From the NCBI GenBank assembly GCA_048887225.1, contig JBHLJY010000017.1, forward strand, positions 1-48,243: a stretch of 48,243 nt of DNA, read 5' to 3'. A model generated the notes under the pieces. It was not told the origin of the DNA and made no database searches. It worked only from the letters and a program-made list of their open reading frames with translations. Below, piece by piece: positions 1 through 9,262 of this stretch. This DNA is from Candidatus Hodarchaeota archaeon. GTDB lineage: Archaea; Asgardarchaeota; Lokiarchaeia; Sigyniarchaeales; SOKP01. Position 1 is the first letter of the stretch. Every line of letters starts with the position of its first letter. The translations under genes and the position numbers were made by a program.

Positions 1-411
1 GATTATATTTGATAAATACGAGTTAAATCTATCTGAATCAATTTTAGGTCTAACTCCATCTAGTATTTCCTTTTCTAGGAAAGTGTGGAATTCCCTAATC
101 TTGTTTAAAAAATATTTATTTTCTTGCGGAATGAGTTTTTGATTATCTTTTTCAGCTATAGCATACCTTTGAACATCTACGTTGTCGCATTTATCGCTGG
201 ATGTTATTTTCAATATATTATTTTCGATGAATGGAATCGCTAGAAAAAACTTTAGCCTATATTTTTTTCCCTTTTCAAATGGTCCAAATTTTCTTCCTAA
301 AATTGTAATAACTTCACAATTTTTTACACATTCTGTATAAATTTCTTTATTTTTAAAGATAAAGTTAATCCTCTTTAAATCGTCAATTAAATTTATATGA
401 ATTTTATTCAA
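1..411 (-). CDS. gins23: GINS23 (Psf2/Psf3-like) replisome subunit, 3' end truncated by the window edge; not in ORF track
   Basis: Manual translation from TTG at 411 is open to position 1: MNKIHINLIDDLKRINFIFKNKEIYTECVKNCEVITILGRKFGPFEKGKKYRLKFFLAIPFIENNILKI...DVQRYAIAEKDNQKLIPQENKYFLNKIREF...SNII. FGPF..G....L...LA..FIE..I resembles the GINS B-domain, followed by a helical A-domain (B-A order). GGTGGG SD-like motif lies 9 nt upstream; MCM is nearby. Confidence 0.72.
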   Translation of the reverse strand, partial: MNKIHINLIDDLKRINFIFKNKEIYTECVKNCEVITILGRKFGPFEKGKKYRLKFFLAIPFIENNILKITSSDKCDNVDVQRYAIAEKDNQKLIPQENKYFLNKIREFHTFLEKEILDGVRPKIDSDRFNSYLSNII

Positions 412-519
412 ATTTTTTAACCCACCAGAATTTAATATATAAAATTGATTCTTATTATAATATATTTAAAAGAATGAGAAAAATAAAATTAATATTAATT
501 TATTAACATTGAAATAAAA

Positions 520-3500
520 ATGGACAGTATTTTAATTACACTAATTATAATTTTCATTGGTGTTTTCGCTTTTGGATTTTTTATAATATATAAGCAAGTT
601 GCTTTAATAAAAAAGGGAGAATTCAAGCTTAAAGATCGCCTTCAATGCTTTATTTATGGATTTATCTTTAGTTTAGCTGTAATAGTTGTTTTAGGTATGG
701 CCATTATATTTACAATAGAAACACCTGAATTTTGGAAGGAAAGTTCACCTCCTAAATTTAATCCAATTTTTTTTCTTATTCCCTTTACAATATGTCTCGC
801 TTATATTTCTTTTTATCCATTAATTGATTTCCTTTTTATTGCTCTTAGTGGAGAATCAGACGAGGGCCTTACTCCATTTCATAAGTTCATAGGAGAAAAA
901 ATTATAAATAAAACAAATTATAAGTTAATAAATGTTTTAATTGCAATAGCTTTTTATTGTAGTGTTTTCTTTTTACCACCGATTTTACTTTCATTATTAG
1001 GTTTACCATTTATAATGATATGGATTAGCTGGATGCTCATTTATCCTTTAATGATTCTAACCTTTTATGGATCTAAAGGATACATTGCCCAATTATCTAC
1101 TTTTTATCTATTTATCCCAGAGATTAAAAGATCGGTTTTCCTTGGATTTGAAGATGGAAAAAGAATTTTTAAAGAATTTCAAAAAGGATGGGTTCCAAGA
1201 ATTCTCGTAGGATTGATGATCTTTGTATATGTATGGGCGTGGATATCCATGATTCAGACAATAGGTTTTTATTTTACTGCAACAATGCCCTTTGCAATAA
1301 TGTCATCAATTTTTGTTTTTGTAACCCTTTTTTTAGGGGTGCTTGGCTATTTTACCAGATTTTGGGCCCGTAAAATAAAATACAGAGGTATAGATATCTA
1401 CTTTGCTGCGTATTTAATAGCGACCATTTCTATCAATATTTTAGTTAATTTTCTAATCCTAAATGCTGAAAAATTAAAAAATATATTTGATTTTTGGGAT
1501 TTCACTAGTGATATTACTGCAAATTACTTGATGTTTGCATTTGCCGCTGCAATAGAAGAGCTAGTTTTGTTAATTTTTACTACTTACTATTTCTTATCAA
1601 AAAGAAATGAATTCAAAAGAAATATCAGATATTCAATTATAACTCAGTGTGGCCAGACTTTTAATCCTATCCCCCTATTCAATTTAATTAAGAATAAAAA
1701 TCGAGAAATAAGGAACCACGCTGAAGAAATATTAATCATGATGTATGAAAGGATACCTCTTAAAGAAGAGATTAATCTGAATGATATGAAATATAAAAAT
1801 CCCTTAATCGATGGAGTATGTGATCCTCATCCTAATTCTAAGAGAATATGTTATAGAATTCTACTCCAATTAGAAAAGGATGTGCCAGAAATTGTTTTAT
1901 CATGGATAATTGAATCATTAGAAAGTCCAAATTATGATAAAAGTATTCCATTTGCGCAATCTTTGCTTATGTCAGATTTAAGTTTAGTAGAAAGAATACC
2001 GAAAAATATAATTTATAACCTTATTAATGATTCAGAGTGGAGATTAAAATTACTTGGATTAAAAATATTATCTCGATTAATTAAAAAGGATAAAAGCTTA
2101 ATATCAGATTTAAATATAAAAAATTACTTAAATGACCCCGATAGTAGAATTCAAGTAGAGATACTTAATATTATAGCTAATTCTTCAGAAATTATTCCTA
2201 TAAATATATTAATGGATAAATTAGATCATTCTAATAAATTTATAAGAGCAGCAGCCATTAAAAATATTCAAAAGTTAAAACCTGAGAATATTAATTCTTT
2301 AGTTGCTTCCAAATTAATACCACTTATTAAAGATCCAACAAGTTCAGTTAGAGCATCAATTTTTAGACTTCTTTCAAAAATAGGAAGCTTTAAAAAGTTT
2401 TCAATCCCCATTCAACCCTTTTTCGAAGGTTTAACAGATAAAGATGAAAAGGTAAGAAAGGCTTCAATTTCTGTACTTGAAAAATACTTAAATGAAGATC
2501 CAAGTCTGTTAGATATTGATTTTATTATAAGCAAGATAGATCCTAATAATATAGACATATTAAATAGCGTGCTATCTCTTCTTGGAAAATTTTGGGAAGA
2601 AAATCCTGAAAAAATCTTAACAACATTATTGATATTCATAAAATTTGATAATGAACAGTTAAAAGAGAATATCTCAAAGATCCTTATTGAAAAATATTCA
2701 TCCAATCCTGATTTAATAATTAAGAATTTAATCAAGACTCCAGATATCTCTAAATATATTACTAAAGGAATAGTCTCCCGAACAATTGTAAAAATTGCTA
2801 AAAATGACACTAAAAATGTAATCCCTAAATTGATTAAATATTTAAAATCTAATAATGATGATATTAGATTAAATGCTATAATGTCATTAGAAGGTTTGGC
2901 TGAAGATTATTCTGATGTCATCAATATTAAACCATTTATAATGCTTTTAGAGAGCGATAAAAATCAACAAATAAAAAAAGAGGCCTCTAAAGTAATTTCT
3001 AAAGTTGCTGTTTTCAATCCATTATCAATTAAATCTAATATGGCTGCTATTTTACAATTAATACATCATCAGGAACCATCTGTTAAAATCACAATATCGA
3101 AATGTTTATTAGAAATTGCGAGGAAGACTCCAGATATAATTCCCATCCCTCAAATTATTAAGTTCCTATCAGATAAAGATTCTTTTATTAGAGAATCAGC
3201 AGCAAAAATATTAGGCTTCATTGGAAATAGATCTTCAGAAGAAACTATAGATGCACTATTTAATATTGGACTTGTTGATGAAGATTGGATCGTAAGAGAA
3301 GCAAGTATTTCAAGTTTAGGAGAAATTATTGATCACATTGAAAGCAAAGATCTAATTATTAAGAAACTCGTCTCTTTTCTTGATGATGAAAAATCATGGG
3401 TCAAAAGATCTGCTATGAATATATTGGCCAATATTGAAGAAATTAACAATTCTGATATTCCTTTAGAGAAAGTTTTAAAAAATTCTAAAGACAGAGATCC

Positions 3501-3867
3501 TAAGGTTAGAGAGGCGTCAGCAGGATTACTTAAAATCTATGGTCTGGAAGATATCAGTCGAGTTATCGATAGCATTATTTCTCTTCTAGATGATGAATCT
3601 AAAGATGTAAGAAATAAAATGGTCAATGATATGGTCTTAATAATTAATAAAATCGGGCTTATTACAATTCTCTCAAGACTTTTAAAAAATCTAAGCGGGG
3701 AAAGTTCAATAGAATTACAACGCTCAATAGCATTGATTTTGGAGAGAACAGCAAGATATGAAGCTGAAAAAATAAAAAAGAGAGTTATCTCATTATTAAA
3801 AATTAGATGTGAAATGAGCCAAGATCCGATTATATGTGAAGCTCTTCATAAAATTAGAGAAAGTTAA
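520..3867 (+). CDS. Polytopic membrane protein (about 9 N-terminal TM helices) with a long C-terminal HEAT-repeat alpha-solenoid
   Basis: aa 1-360 carry repeated hydrophobic segments. aa ~380-1110 carry recurring HEAT-type motifs: LNDPDSRIQVEIL, LIKDPTSSVRASI, LTDKDEKVRKASI, LSDKDSFIRESAA, LVDEDWIVREASI, LDDEKSWVKRSAM, KDRDPKVREASA, LDDESKDVRNKMV. Confidence 0.85.
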   Translation: MDSILITLIIIFIGVFAFGFFIIYKQVALIKKGEFKLKDRLQCFIYGFIFSLAVIVVLGMAIIFTIETPEFWKESSPPKFNPIFFLIPFTICLAYISFYPLIDFLFIALSGESDEGLTPFHKFIGEKIINKTNYKLINVLIAIAFYCSVFFLPPILLSLLGLPFIMIWISWMLIYPLMILTFYGSKGYIAQLSTFYLFIPEIKRSVFLGFEDGKRIFKEFQKGWVPRILVGLMIFVYVWAWISMIQTIGFYFTATMPFAIMSSIFVFVTLFLGVLGYFTRFWARKIKYRGIDIYFAAYLIATISINILVNFLILNAEKLKNIFDFWDFTSDITANYLMFAFAAAIEELVLLIFTTYYFLSKRNEFKRNIRYSIITQCGQTFNPIPLFNLIKNKNREIRNHAEEILIMMYERIPLKEEINLNDMKYKNPLIDGVCDPHPNSKRICYRILLQLEKDVPEIVLSWIIESLESPNYDKSIPFAQSLLMSDLSLVERIPKNIIYNLINDSEWRLKLLGLKILSRLIKKDKSLISDLNIKNYLNDPDSRIQVEILNIIANSSEIIPINILMDKLDHSNKFIRAAAIKNIQKLKPENINSLVASKLIPLIKDPTSSVRASIFRLLSKIGSFKKFSIPIQPFFEGLTDKDEKVRKASISVLEKYLNEDPSLLDIDFIISKIDPNNIDILNSVLSLLGKFWEENPEKILTTLLIFIKFDNEQLKENISKILIEKYSSNPDLIIKNLIKTPDISKYITKGIVSRTIVKIAKNDTKNVIPKLIKYLKSNNDDIRLNAIMSLEGLAEDYSDVINIKPFIMLLESDKNQQIKKEASKVISKVAVFNPLSIKSNMAAILQLIHHQEPSVKITISKCLLEIARKTPDIIPIPQIIKFLSDKDSFIRESAAKILGFIGNRSSEETIDALFNIGLVDEDWIVREASISSLGEIIDHIESKDLIIKKLVSFLDDEKSWVKRSAMNILANIEEINNSDIPLEKVLKNSKDRDPKVREASAGLLKIYGLEDISRVIDSIISLLDDESKDVRNKMVNDMVLIINKIGLITILSRLLKNLSGESSIELQRSIALILERTARYEAEKIKKRVISLLKIRCEMSQDPIICEALHKIRES

Positions 3868-4033
3868 ATCAATAGATCTTTCTAAATTATCAATAAATTA
3901 TTAAATCATTTCTCTCATGCGCTTTTTTCATGTTTATTTAATATCTAATTAATAAAAATAAGTTGTTAATATTCCACCTTAAAATAATATAAAAAATATT
4001 TTAGGTATAATCATAAGATTTAGTGATTCCTCA

Positions 4034-6172
4034 TTGACAACACAAGCTCCTACTCCCTCTCGACCAATTAATAAAGTTCAGAAATTTGAAGATCTTTATA
4101 GGTTATTTCAAGACAAACCAGGCGTTCATAAATATCAAGATCAAATTAATGATATTTATTCTAAGGGCGGAAATACATTAATTATATTGTATGAAGATAT
4201 ACTTGCGTTTGACTCTCATTTAGCTGAAATGATAAAGGATGACCCAGAATCCTTATTAGAAGATGCTGTAGAAGCTTTTAAAAATGTTTTGAAATTTCAA
4301 TCTGGAGGAAGTTTGAGCCATCAAAATTATTTTGTTAGAATAACAACTAAAGACGAAAAAAGTCCTCTTGCCATACCTATAAGGGGCTTAAGATCAATTG
4401 ATATTGATAAATTGGTATGGTATAAAGGGATTTTGGTTAGAACTTCAATAGTTAGGCCAAAATTAGTTAAAGCATCTTTTGAATGCCAACTATGTCAACA
4501 TACTTTTGAAGTATTCCAATTAACTCCTAAAATAAAATGGCCAAGATCATGTGTAAATCCTCGATGTAAAGCCAAGGCACAATCCGATTTTCGGCTCATA
4601 TCAAAGAATTCAGAATTTATAGATTGGCAAGGTATAACCATCCAAGAAGTTCCCGAGGATCTACCTCCTGGAAGGATACCACGATCCGTTCAAGCAATAT
4701 TAAAATATGACTTAGTAGATACAGTAAAACCTGGAGACAGATTAAAGGTTATGGGTATTTTCAAATCAGTTTTAGCACAATCGATCAAAGGTATGAATTC
4801 GACATTATTTAAAACTTACGTTGATGTAAATTATGTAGATCCAGAAGATAAAAGTGAAGAATTTATAGATATATCCAAAGAGGATATAAAGAAAATCGAA
4901 AAACTATCGAAGGAACCTTTGATTCAAAAAAAGATCGCTAGATCGATTGCTCCTCATATTTTTAAAAGAGACGACCTTAAAATGGCATGTGCGTTTAGCT
5001 TATTTGGAGGTACTAAGAAAAAAACGCCAAGTGGTGGTTATAAACGAGGCGATATACATGTATTATTCGTAGGCGATCCTGGAACTGGAAAATCAGAAAT
5101 TTTAAAAAATGCTCAAGAAATTTCACCAAGAGGTTTATACACTTCTGGGAAAGGTGCCACAGCAGTAGGTTTGACTGCTGCAGTAATTAAAGATTCTGAA
5201 ACAGGACAAATGAATCTTGAAGCGGGAGCAGTTGTATTAGCTAATGGAGGCATAGCTGCAATTGACGAATTTGACAAGATGGAACAAACTGATAGATCCG
5301 CAATACATGAAGCAATGGAGCAGCAAACAGTAAGTATTGCCAAAGCTGGTATTATCGCTACTTTAAAAGCAGAAACTGCCATTATCGCAGCCGCAAACCC
5401 AAAATACGGAAGATTCAATGAATACAAAACTTTTGTTGAGAATACTAATATGCCTCCATCTCTATTAAATCGATTCGATCTCATTTTTAAGGTGGTAGAT
5501 CGTCCAGATCCTGCAAATGATGCCCAGATGGCAGAATTTATTTTAGATATGGCTACAATGGTCTCAGAGAAAGACTATGAGGAAATGGTGATACAGAATA
5601 AGAGTTTTGCTTCAATCGATGGAGATCTTTTAAAAAAATATATTAAATATGCAAGAAAAAATTATTATCCAATTTTGAGTGATGAAGCAAAAGAAAGAAT
5701 AAAAGAATTTTATTTAGATTTAAGAGGAAAATATGATAGTAGTGATGCTATTGTGTCAATTTTAGCGAGACAACTTGAGGCTTTAGTAAGATTAAGTGAA
5801 GCTTATGCGAAAATGGCACTAAGAAATAAAGTAAGAAAAGATGATGTCGAAGAAATTATTAGATTATTTAAACGATATTTGAAAGATACTGGCTATGACA
5901 AGGAAACAGGAAAAATTGATATCGATATATTATATACTGGTCAATCTAGAATTAGAATGAATAAACTTGCTCTTTTTATGGATAGATTGAAAGAAATATT
6001 TGAAGAAAATAATTGGAAAATGTTAGAAAAGAAAAATATCATCCAAATTCTTGAATTAGAAGAAAATTTAGACAAAGAGTTCATTAAAAACGCTATAACG
6101 GAAGCAATTAATGAAGGCACCTTATACGAGCCAAAACCAAAATTTATTAAATTTACAAGTAGACCAGATTAA
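4034..6172 (+). CDS. mcm: MCM replicative helicase
   Basis: Zn finger CQLC...CVNPRC, Walker A GDPGTGKS, GLTAAV, LEAGAVVLA, Walker B IDEFDKM, HEAMEQQTVSIAKAGI, Arg finger NRFD, sensor ARQLEALVRLSEA. TTG start, no intein evident. Confidence 0.98.
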   Translation: MTTQAPTPSRPINKVQKFEDLYRLFQDKPGVHKYQDQINDIYSKGGNTLIILYEDILAFDSHLAEMIKDDPESLLEDAVEAFKNVLKFQSGGSLSHQNYFVRITTKDEKSPLAIPIRGLRSIDIDKLVWYKGILVRTSIVRPKLVKASFECQLCQHTFEVFQLTPKIKWPRSCVNPRCKAKAQSDFRLISKNSEFIDWQGITIQEVPEDLPPGRIPRSVQAILKYDLVDTVKPGDRLKVMGIFKSVLAQSIKGMNSTLFKTYVDVNYVDPEDKSEEFIDISKEDIKKIEKLSKEPLIQKKIARSIAPHIFKRDDLKMACAFSLFGGTKKKTPSGGYKRGDIHVLFVGDPGTGKSEILKNAQEISPRGLYTSGKGATAVGLTAAVIKDSETGQMNLEAGAVVLANGGIAAIDEFDKMEQTDRSAIHEAMEQQTVSIAKAGIIATLKAETAIIAAANPKYGRFNEYKTFVENTNMPPSLLNRFDLIFKVVDRPDPANDAQMAEFILDMATMVSEKDYEEMVIQNKSFASIDGDLLKKYIKYARKNYYPILSDEAKERIKEFYLDLRGKYDSSDAIVSILARQLEALVRLSEAYAKMALRNKVRKDDVEEIIRLFKRYLKDTGYDKETGKIDIDILYTGQSRIRMNKLALFMDRLKEIFEENNWKMLEKKNIIQILELEENLDKEFIKNAITEAINEGTLYEPKPKFIKFTSRPD

Positions 6173-6312
6173 TCAAATATGGAGAGATTTAACCATTCAT
6201 CTCTAGGAATAATCACTTTTTTTCCAATATAATCCCTCGCATAAAAAATCCTTTCTAGCTCAAATCTTAAGCACAGATAAATTAATAAAAAATAAAATTT
6301 GTAAAATAATTA

Positions 6313-6819
6313 CTATTGATTAATTGCTTCTTTAGAAATTAATTCAAAAGCTTTTATAACGTTTTCACCTGTTTTTGCGGATGTGTATACTATATGTTTG
6401 GCATTAATTTTTCTTCCTAAAGATTTTACATCCTCATCAACAACTCGCTTTTTTAAGTCCTCTTTATTAGCAAGAAGGATAATTGGTGAATTTATCTTAT
6501 TATCTTGAAGATCTGGATACCAAAATTTCTCAATCTGGTCGAATGTATTTTTTCTCGTTAAGTCTGCAACGATTATTGTTCCGTGCGTTCCCTTATAATA
6601 AATATGCCTCATTTGTGTCCAGCGCTCTTGTCCAGCAATATCCCATATTTGAATCGTAGCATTTACTCCAGAATGTAAACTAATATTTTTCGTAAATAAA
6701 TTAGTCCCAATTGATGCTCTATAATCGTTTGCGAATTGCCTTGAAACATACTTTTTTACTAAACTCGTTTTGCCTACAGCAGGTTCTCCGATAATAATTA
6801 CTTTTATGTTAATGTCCAT
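6313..6819 (-). CDS. Rab-like small GTPase (Ras superfamily)
   Basis: G1 GEPAVGKT, switch I YRASIG, G3 WDIAGQE, YYKG, G4 NKED, G5 SAK. No C-terminal CAAX/CC motif. Confidence 0.93.
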   Translation of the reverse strand: MDINIKVIIIGEPAVGKTSLVKKYVSRQFANDYRASIGTNLFTKNISLHSGVNATIQIWDIAGQERWTQMRHIYYKGTHGTIIVADLTRKNTFDQIEKFWYPDLQDNKINSPIILLANKEDLKKRVVDEDVKSLGRKINAKHIVYTSAKTGENVIKAFELISKEAINQ

Positions 6820-6959
6820 ATTATTAATTAAATATATTAAATTTTGAAATCAACATACTAAGTACCTATTATATTAAATAATAATGTATAAATATTAAAA
6901 TAGTTAAATCAAAAAATATAAAAATGAAAAAAAAAAGATAATTTAAAGTTTGATATATC

Positions 6960-8045
6960 ATGACAACAGGTATAGTTTATGATGATATATACCTCCAGCA
7001 CCGTATCGGGACTCATGTAGAAAGTCATAAGCGATTAATTGCGATCATGGAATTTTTAAAAGAAAAAAAACTTTTGGAAAATCCTGAATTTAAATTAATA
7101 AGACCGAGAAAAGCCACTTTAGATCAAATTAAATATGTTCATACTGAAGATTTAATTAGAGAAGTAAGAGAAATTAGCGAATTAGCTGAAAAGACGGGTC
7201 ATATTCAAAGCCTTGATTTAGATACTGCAGCATCCGCTAAAACTTATGAAGCTTCACTATATTCAGTAGGGGGCAATTTGCAAGCTATTGATGAAATTTT
7301 AAGTGGTAATATTAAAAATGCTTTTGCAACTGTGCGTCCTCCTGGACATCATACTAATTCTTACAAATGTGCTGGATTTTGCATATTCAATAATATTGCT
7401 ATCGCAGCAGAATATCTTTTTAGAGAGAGAAATATTCAAAGAATTGCTCTTATTGATTGGGACTGTCATGCTGGTAATGGAACTGCAGATATCTTTTATG
7501 ATGGGACTGATAGTGGTGAATTAGTTTTTTTTGATTCGCATCAAGATGGAAGAACTCTTTATCCTGGAACAGGATTCATTAGTGAAATTGGTGCAAAGAA
7601 ATGTAAGGGAAAAATTATTAACTATCCTATGCCTCCACGAGCAGCTGATGATGCAATTATGATATTTTTTGATGAAATAATTTCTCCTATCCTTCACGAA
7701 TTTAAACCCGAATTTATTCTAATCTCAGCAGGATTTGATACACATTGGACAGACAGTTTAACAGGTATGGGTTGGACATTCCAAGCTCCAGCAAATTACT
7801 TAAAAAAAATCAAAACATTAGCGGAGAAATTTGCTAATGGAAGAATTTTAATAACTTTAGAAGGCGGATATGAAATTGATAAGCAGGCGCGAGCTGTTTA
7901 TAATTGTTTAAAGATTCTCAACAATGAAAATGATTTAATTGAAGAGAAATCCAGAGAATCGGGCAAAGATTTATTAAATTATATTAGTAATAAATTAATT
8001 CCAGCATTAAAAGATAAATTGAATCAATATTGGAATTGTTTCTAA
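6960..8045 (+). CDS. Zn-dependent histone deacetylase family protein (class II/AcuC/APAH-like)
   Basis: RPPGHH, GFCIFNNIAIA, DWDCHAGNGT, YPGTG, SAGFD, LEGGY motifs. Confidence 0.93.
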   Translation: MTTGIVYDDIYLQHRIGTHVESHKRLIAIMEFLKEKKLLENPEFKLIRPRKATLDQIKYVHTEDLIREVREISELAEKTGHIQSLDLDTAASAKTYEASLYSVGGNLQAIDEILSGNIKNAFATVRPPGHHTNSYKCAGFCIFNNIAIAAEYLFRERNIQRIALIDWDCHAGNGTADIFYDGTDSGELVFFDSHQDGRTLYPGTGFISEIGAKKCKGKIINYPMPPRAADDAIMIFFDEIISPILHEFKPEFILISAGFDTHWTDSLTGMGWTFQAPANYLKKIKTLAEKFANGRILITLEGGYEIDKQARAVYNCLKILNNENDLIEEKSRESGKDLLNYISNKLIPALKDKLNQYWNCF

Positions 8046-8178
8046 TTGAATTAAGATCAAATCCAGATTATAATTTTTTCTTGTGCTAATTTTATAAATT
8101 CATTTATAAATTTAGTTTACCATATTTAAACTAACAAATTATTTCAAAATTTTATTAATAGTCTATAAGGAATACAAA

Positions 8179-9027
8179 ATGTCATACGAAAATGAAAAAA
8201 AAGATGAAGAAGAGAAAAAGATAGGTGTTCCACCATCAATACCTCCTCCCACTGTTACTCCCCCTTCAGTACCACCACCCTCAGCACTACCACCCTCAGC
8301 ACCACCGCCTACTGCTATACCTCCATCAGTACCTACTCCTCAACCTGTAACACCTCCACCTCATCCGATATCTGCAGTTCCAAGTGGACCTTCACAACAA
8401 GAATATGACACTTTAGCTAGACAAGTTGATGATAAAGTTAGTACAATTAATCAATTACAAAATCAAGTAAATCAATTAAATAGTCAGTTAACTTCACTCC
8501 AATCATCGTCTGCAGATTATCAAAGACAAATTAAAGAAATAAATGATCAAATGTCAAATTTAAACAATACTCTTATGGAAAGAGATGAACAGATTAAACA
8601 GTTAAATGATGAAAATTCTAAATTACAAAACCAACTTCAAGATGCACAACAACAAAATTCTGCTTTGCAATCACAGGTTCTTTCTCTTCAGCAGCAAGTT
8701 GCCCCTCTGCAACAACAAGTTTCTAAATTACAAGAAGAGCTTACTTATAAAGATAAACGTATTGAAGAATTAAAAGAGCCTAAGGCTGTAATGGCATCAA
8801 CCTTAGCACAACAAGATATTAGCTCTCAACCTCCAATAAGTCCAACTACTACTACAACACCAGTACCTAGTATAGATATAAGCTCTGGTAGAAGAGCATG
8901 TCCTAATTGTGGCGCTTCTGGCTTTGCAATTAAGGAGGTAGAGGATAAGACAAAAATCGTTTCATATATTCCAAAAACTATATATGCTAAAAAGAAAAAG
9001 TGTACTAAATGCGGGTATGAATTTTAA
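8179..9027 (+). CDS. Proline-repeat / coiled-coil / C-terminal Zn-ribbon protein of unknown function
   Basis: N-terminal PP[ST]xx repeats, about 125 aa of Gln-rich heptads, and C-terminal CPNC...CTKC. Confidence 0.85.
   Translation: MSYENEKKDEEEKKIGVPPSIPPPTVTPPSVPPPSALPPSAPPPTAIPPSVPTPQPVTPPPHPISAVPSGPSQQEYDTLARQVDDKVSTINQLQNQVNQLNSQLTSLQSSSADYQRQIKEINDQMSNLNNTLMERDEQIKQLNDENSKLQNQLQDAQQQNSALQSQVLSLQQQVAPLQQQVSKLQEELTYKDKRIEELKEPKAVMASTLAQQDISSQPPISPTTTTTPVPSIDISSGRRACPNCGASGFAIKEVEDKTKIVSYIPKTIYAKKKKCTKCGYEF
8230..8334 (+). repeat. Seven tandem 15-nt coding units encoding PP[ST][IVA]x
   Basis: PPSIP-PPTVT-PPSVP-PPSAL-PPSAP-PPTAI-PPSVP. At DNA level ccaccctcagca occurs twice, 15 nt apart. 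Confidence 0.9.
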
Positions 9028-9262
9028 TCTGTTTCCTTCATTAAAAACATTAATTTTTTGTTTTTCTCTTATTCGTGTTCCCGATTTAATTTTCAAAAAA
9101 CTTTTTTCAAACATGTGTTTCCTTAATTTTTAAAGTGATTATAACTCTTATAATTAATTTTACATATTCTAAAAAATTAGAACTAGGTAATTATATATAT
9201 CACTTTTTTCTCTAATATTTTAAAAAATTCTTAGGAAAAGAACTCTTTTAAAAATCTTTTTT

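Noticed and set aside
4034-6172. Intein or inactivation in MCM (KSE for KSQ, NRFD for SRFD)
   Set aside because: Length is normal, and the catalytic Lys, DE and Arg finger are intact.
6183-6204. agagat...atctct hairpin after mcm as a terminator or SECIS-like element
   Set aside because: Only a 6-bp stem, no in-frame UGA in adjacent genes, and no clear SECIS core.
9028-9262. Two tgtttcctt copies and a ttctaa-aaaa-ttagaa palindrome upstream of the MoxR cluster
   Set aside because: Too short and AT-rich to distinguish from chance; no supporting copies found elsewhere.
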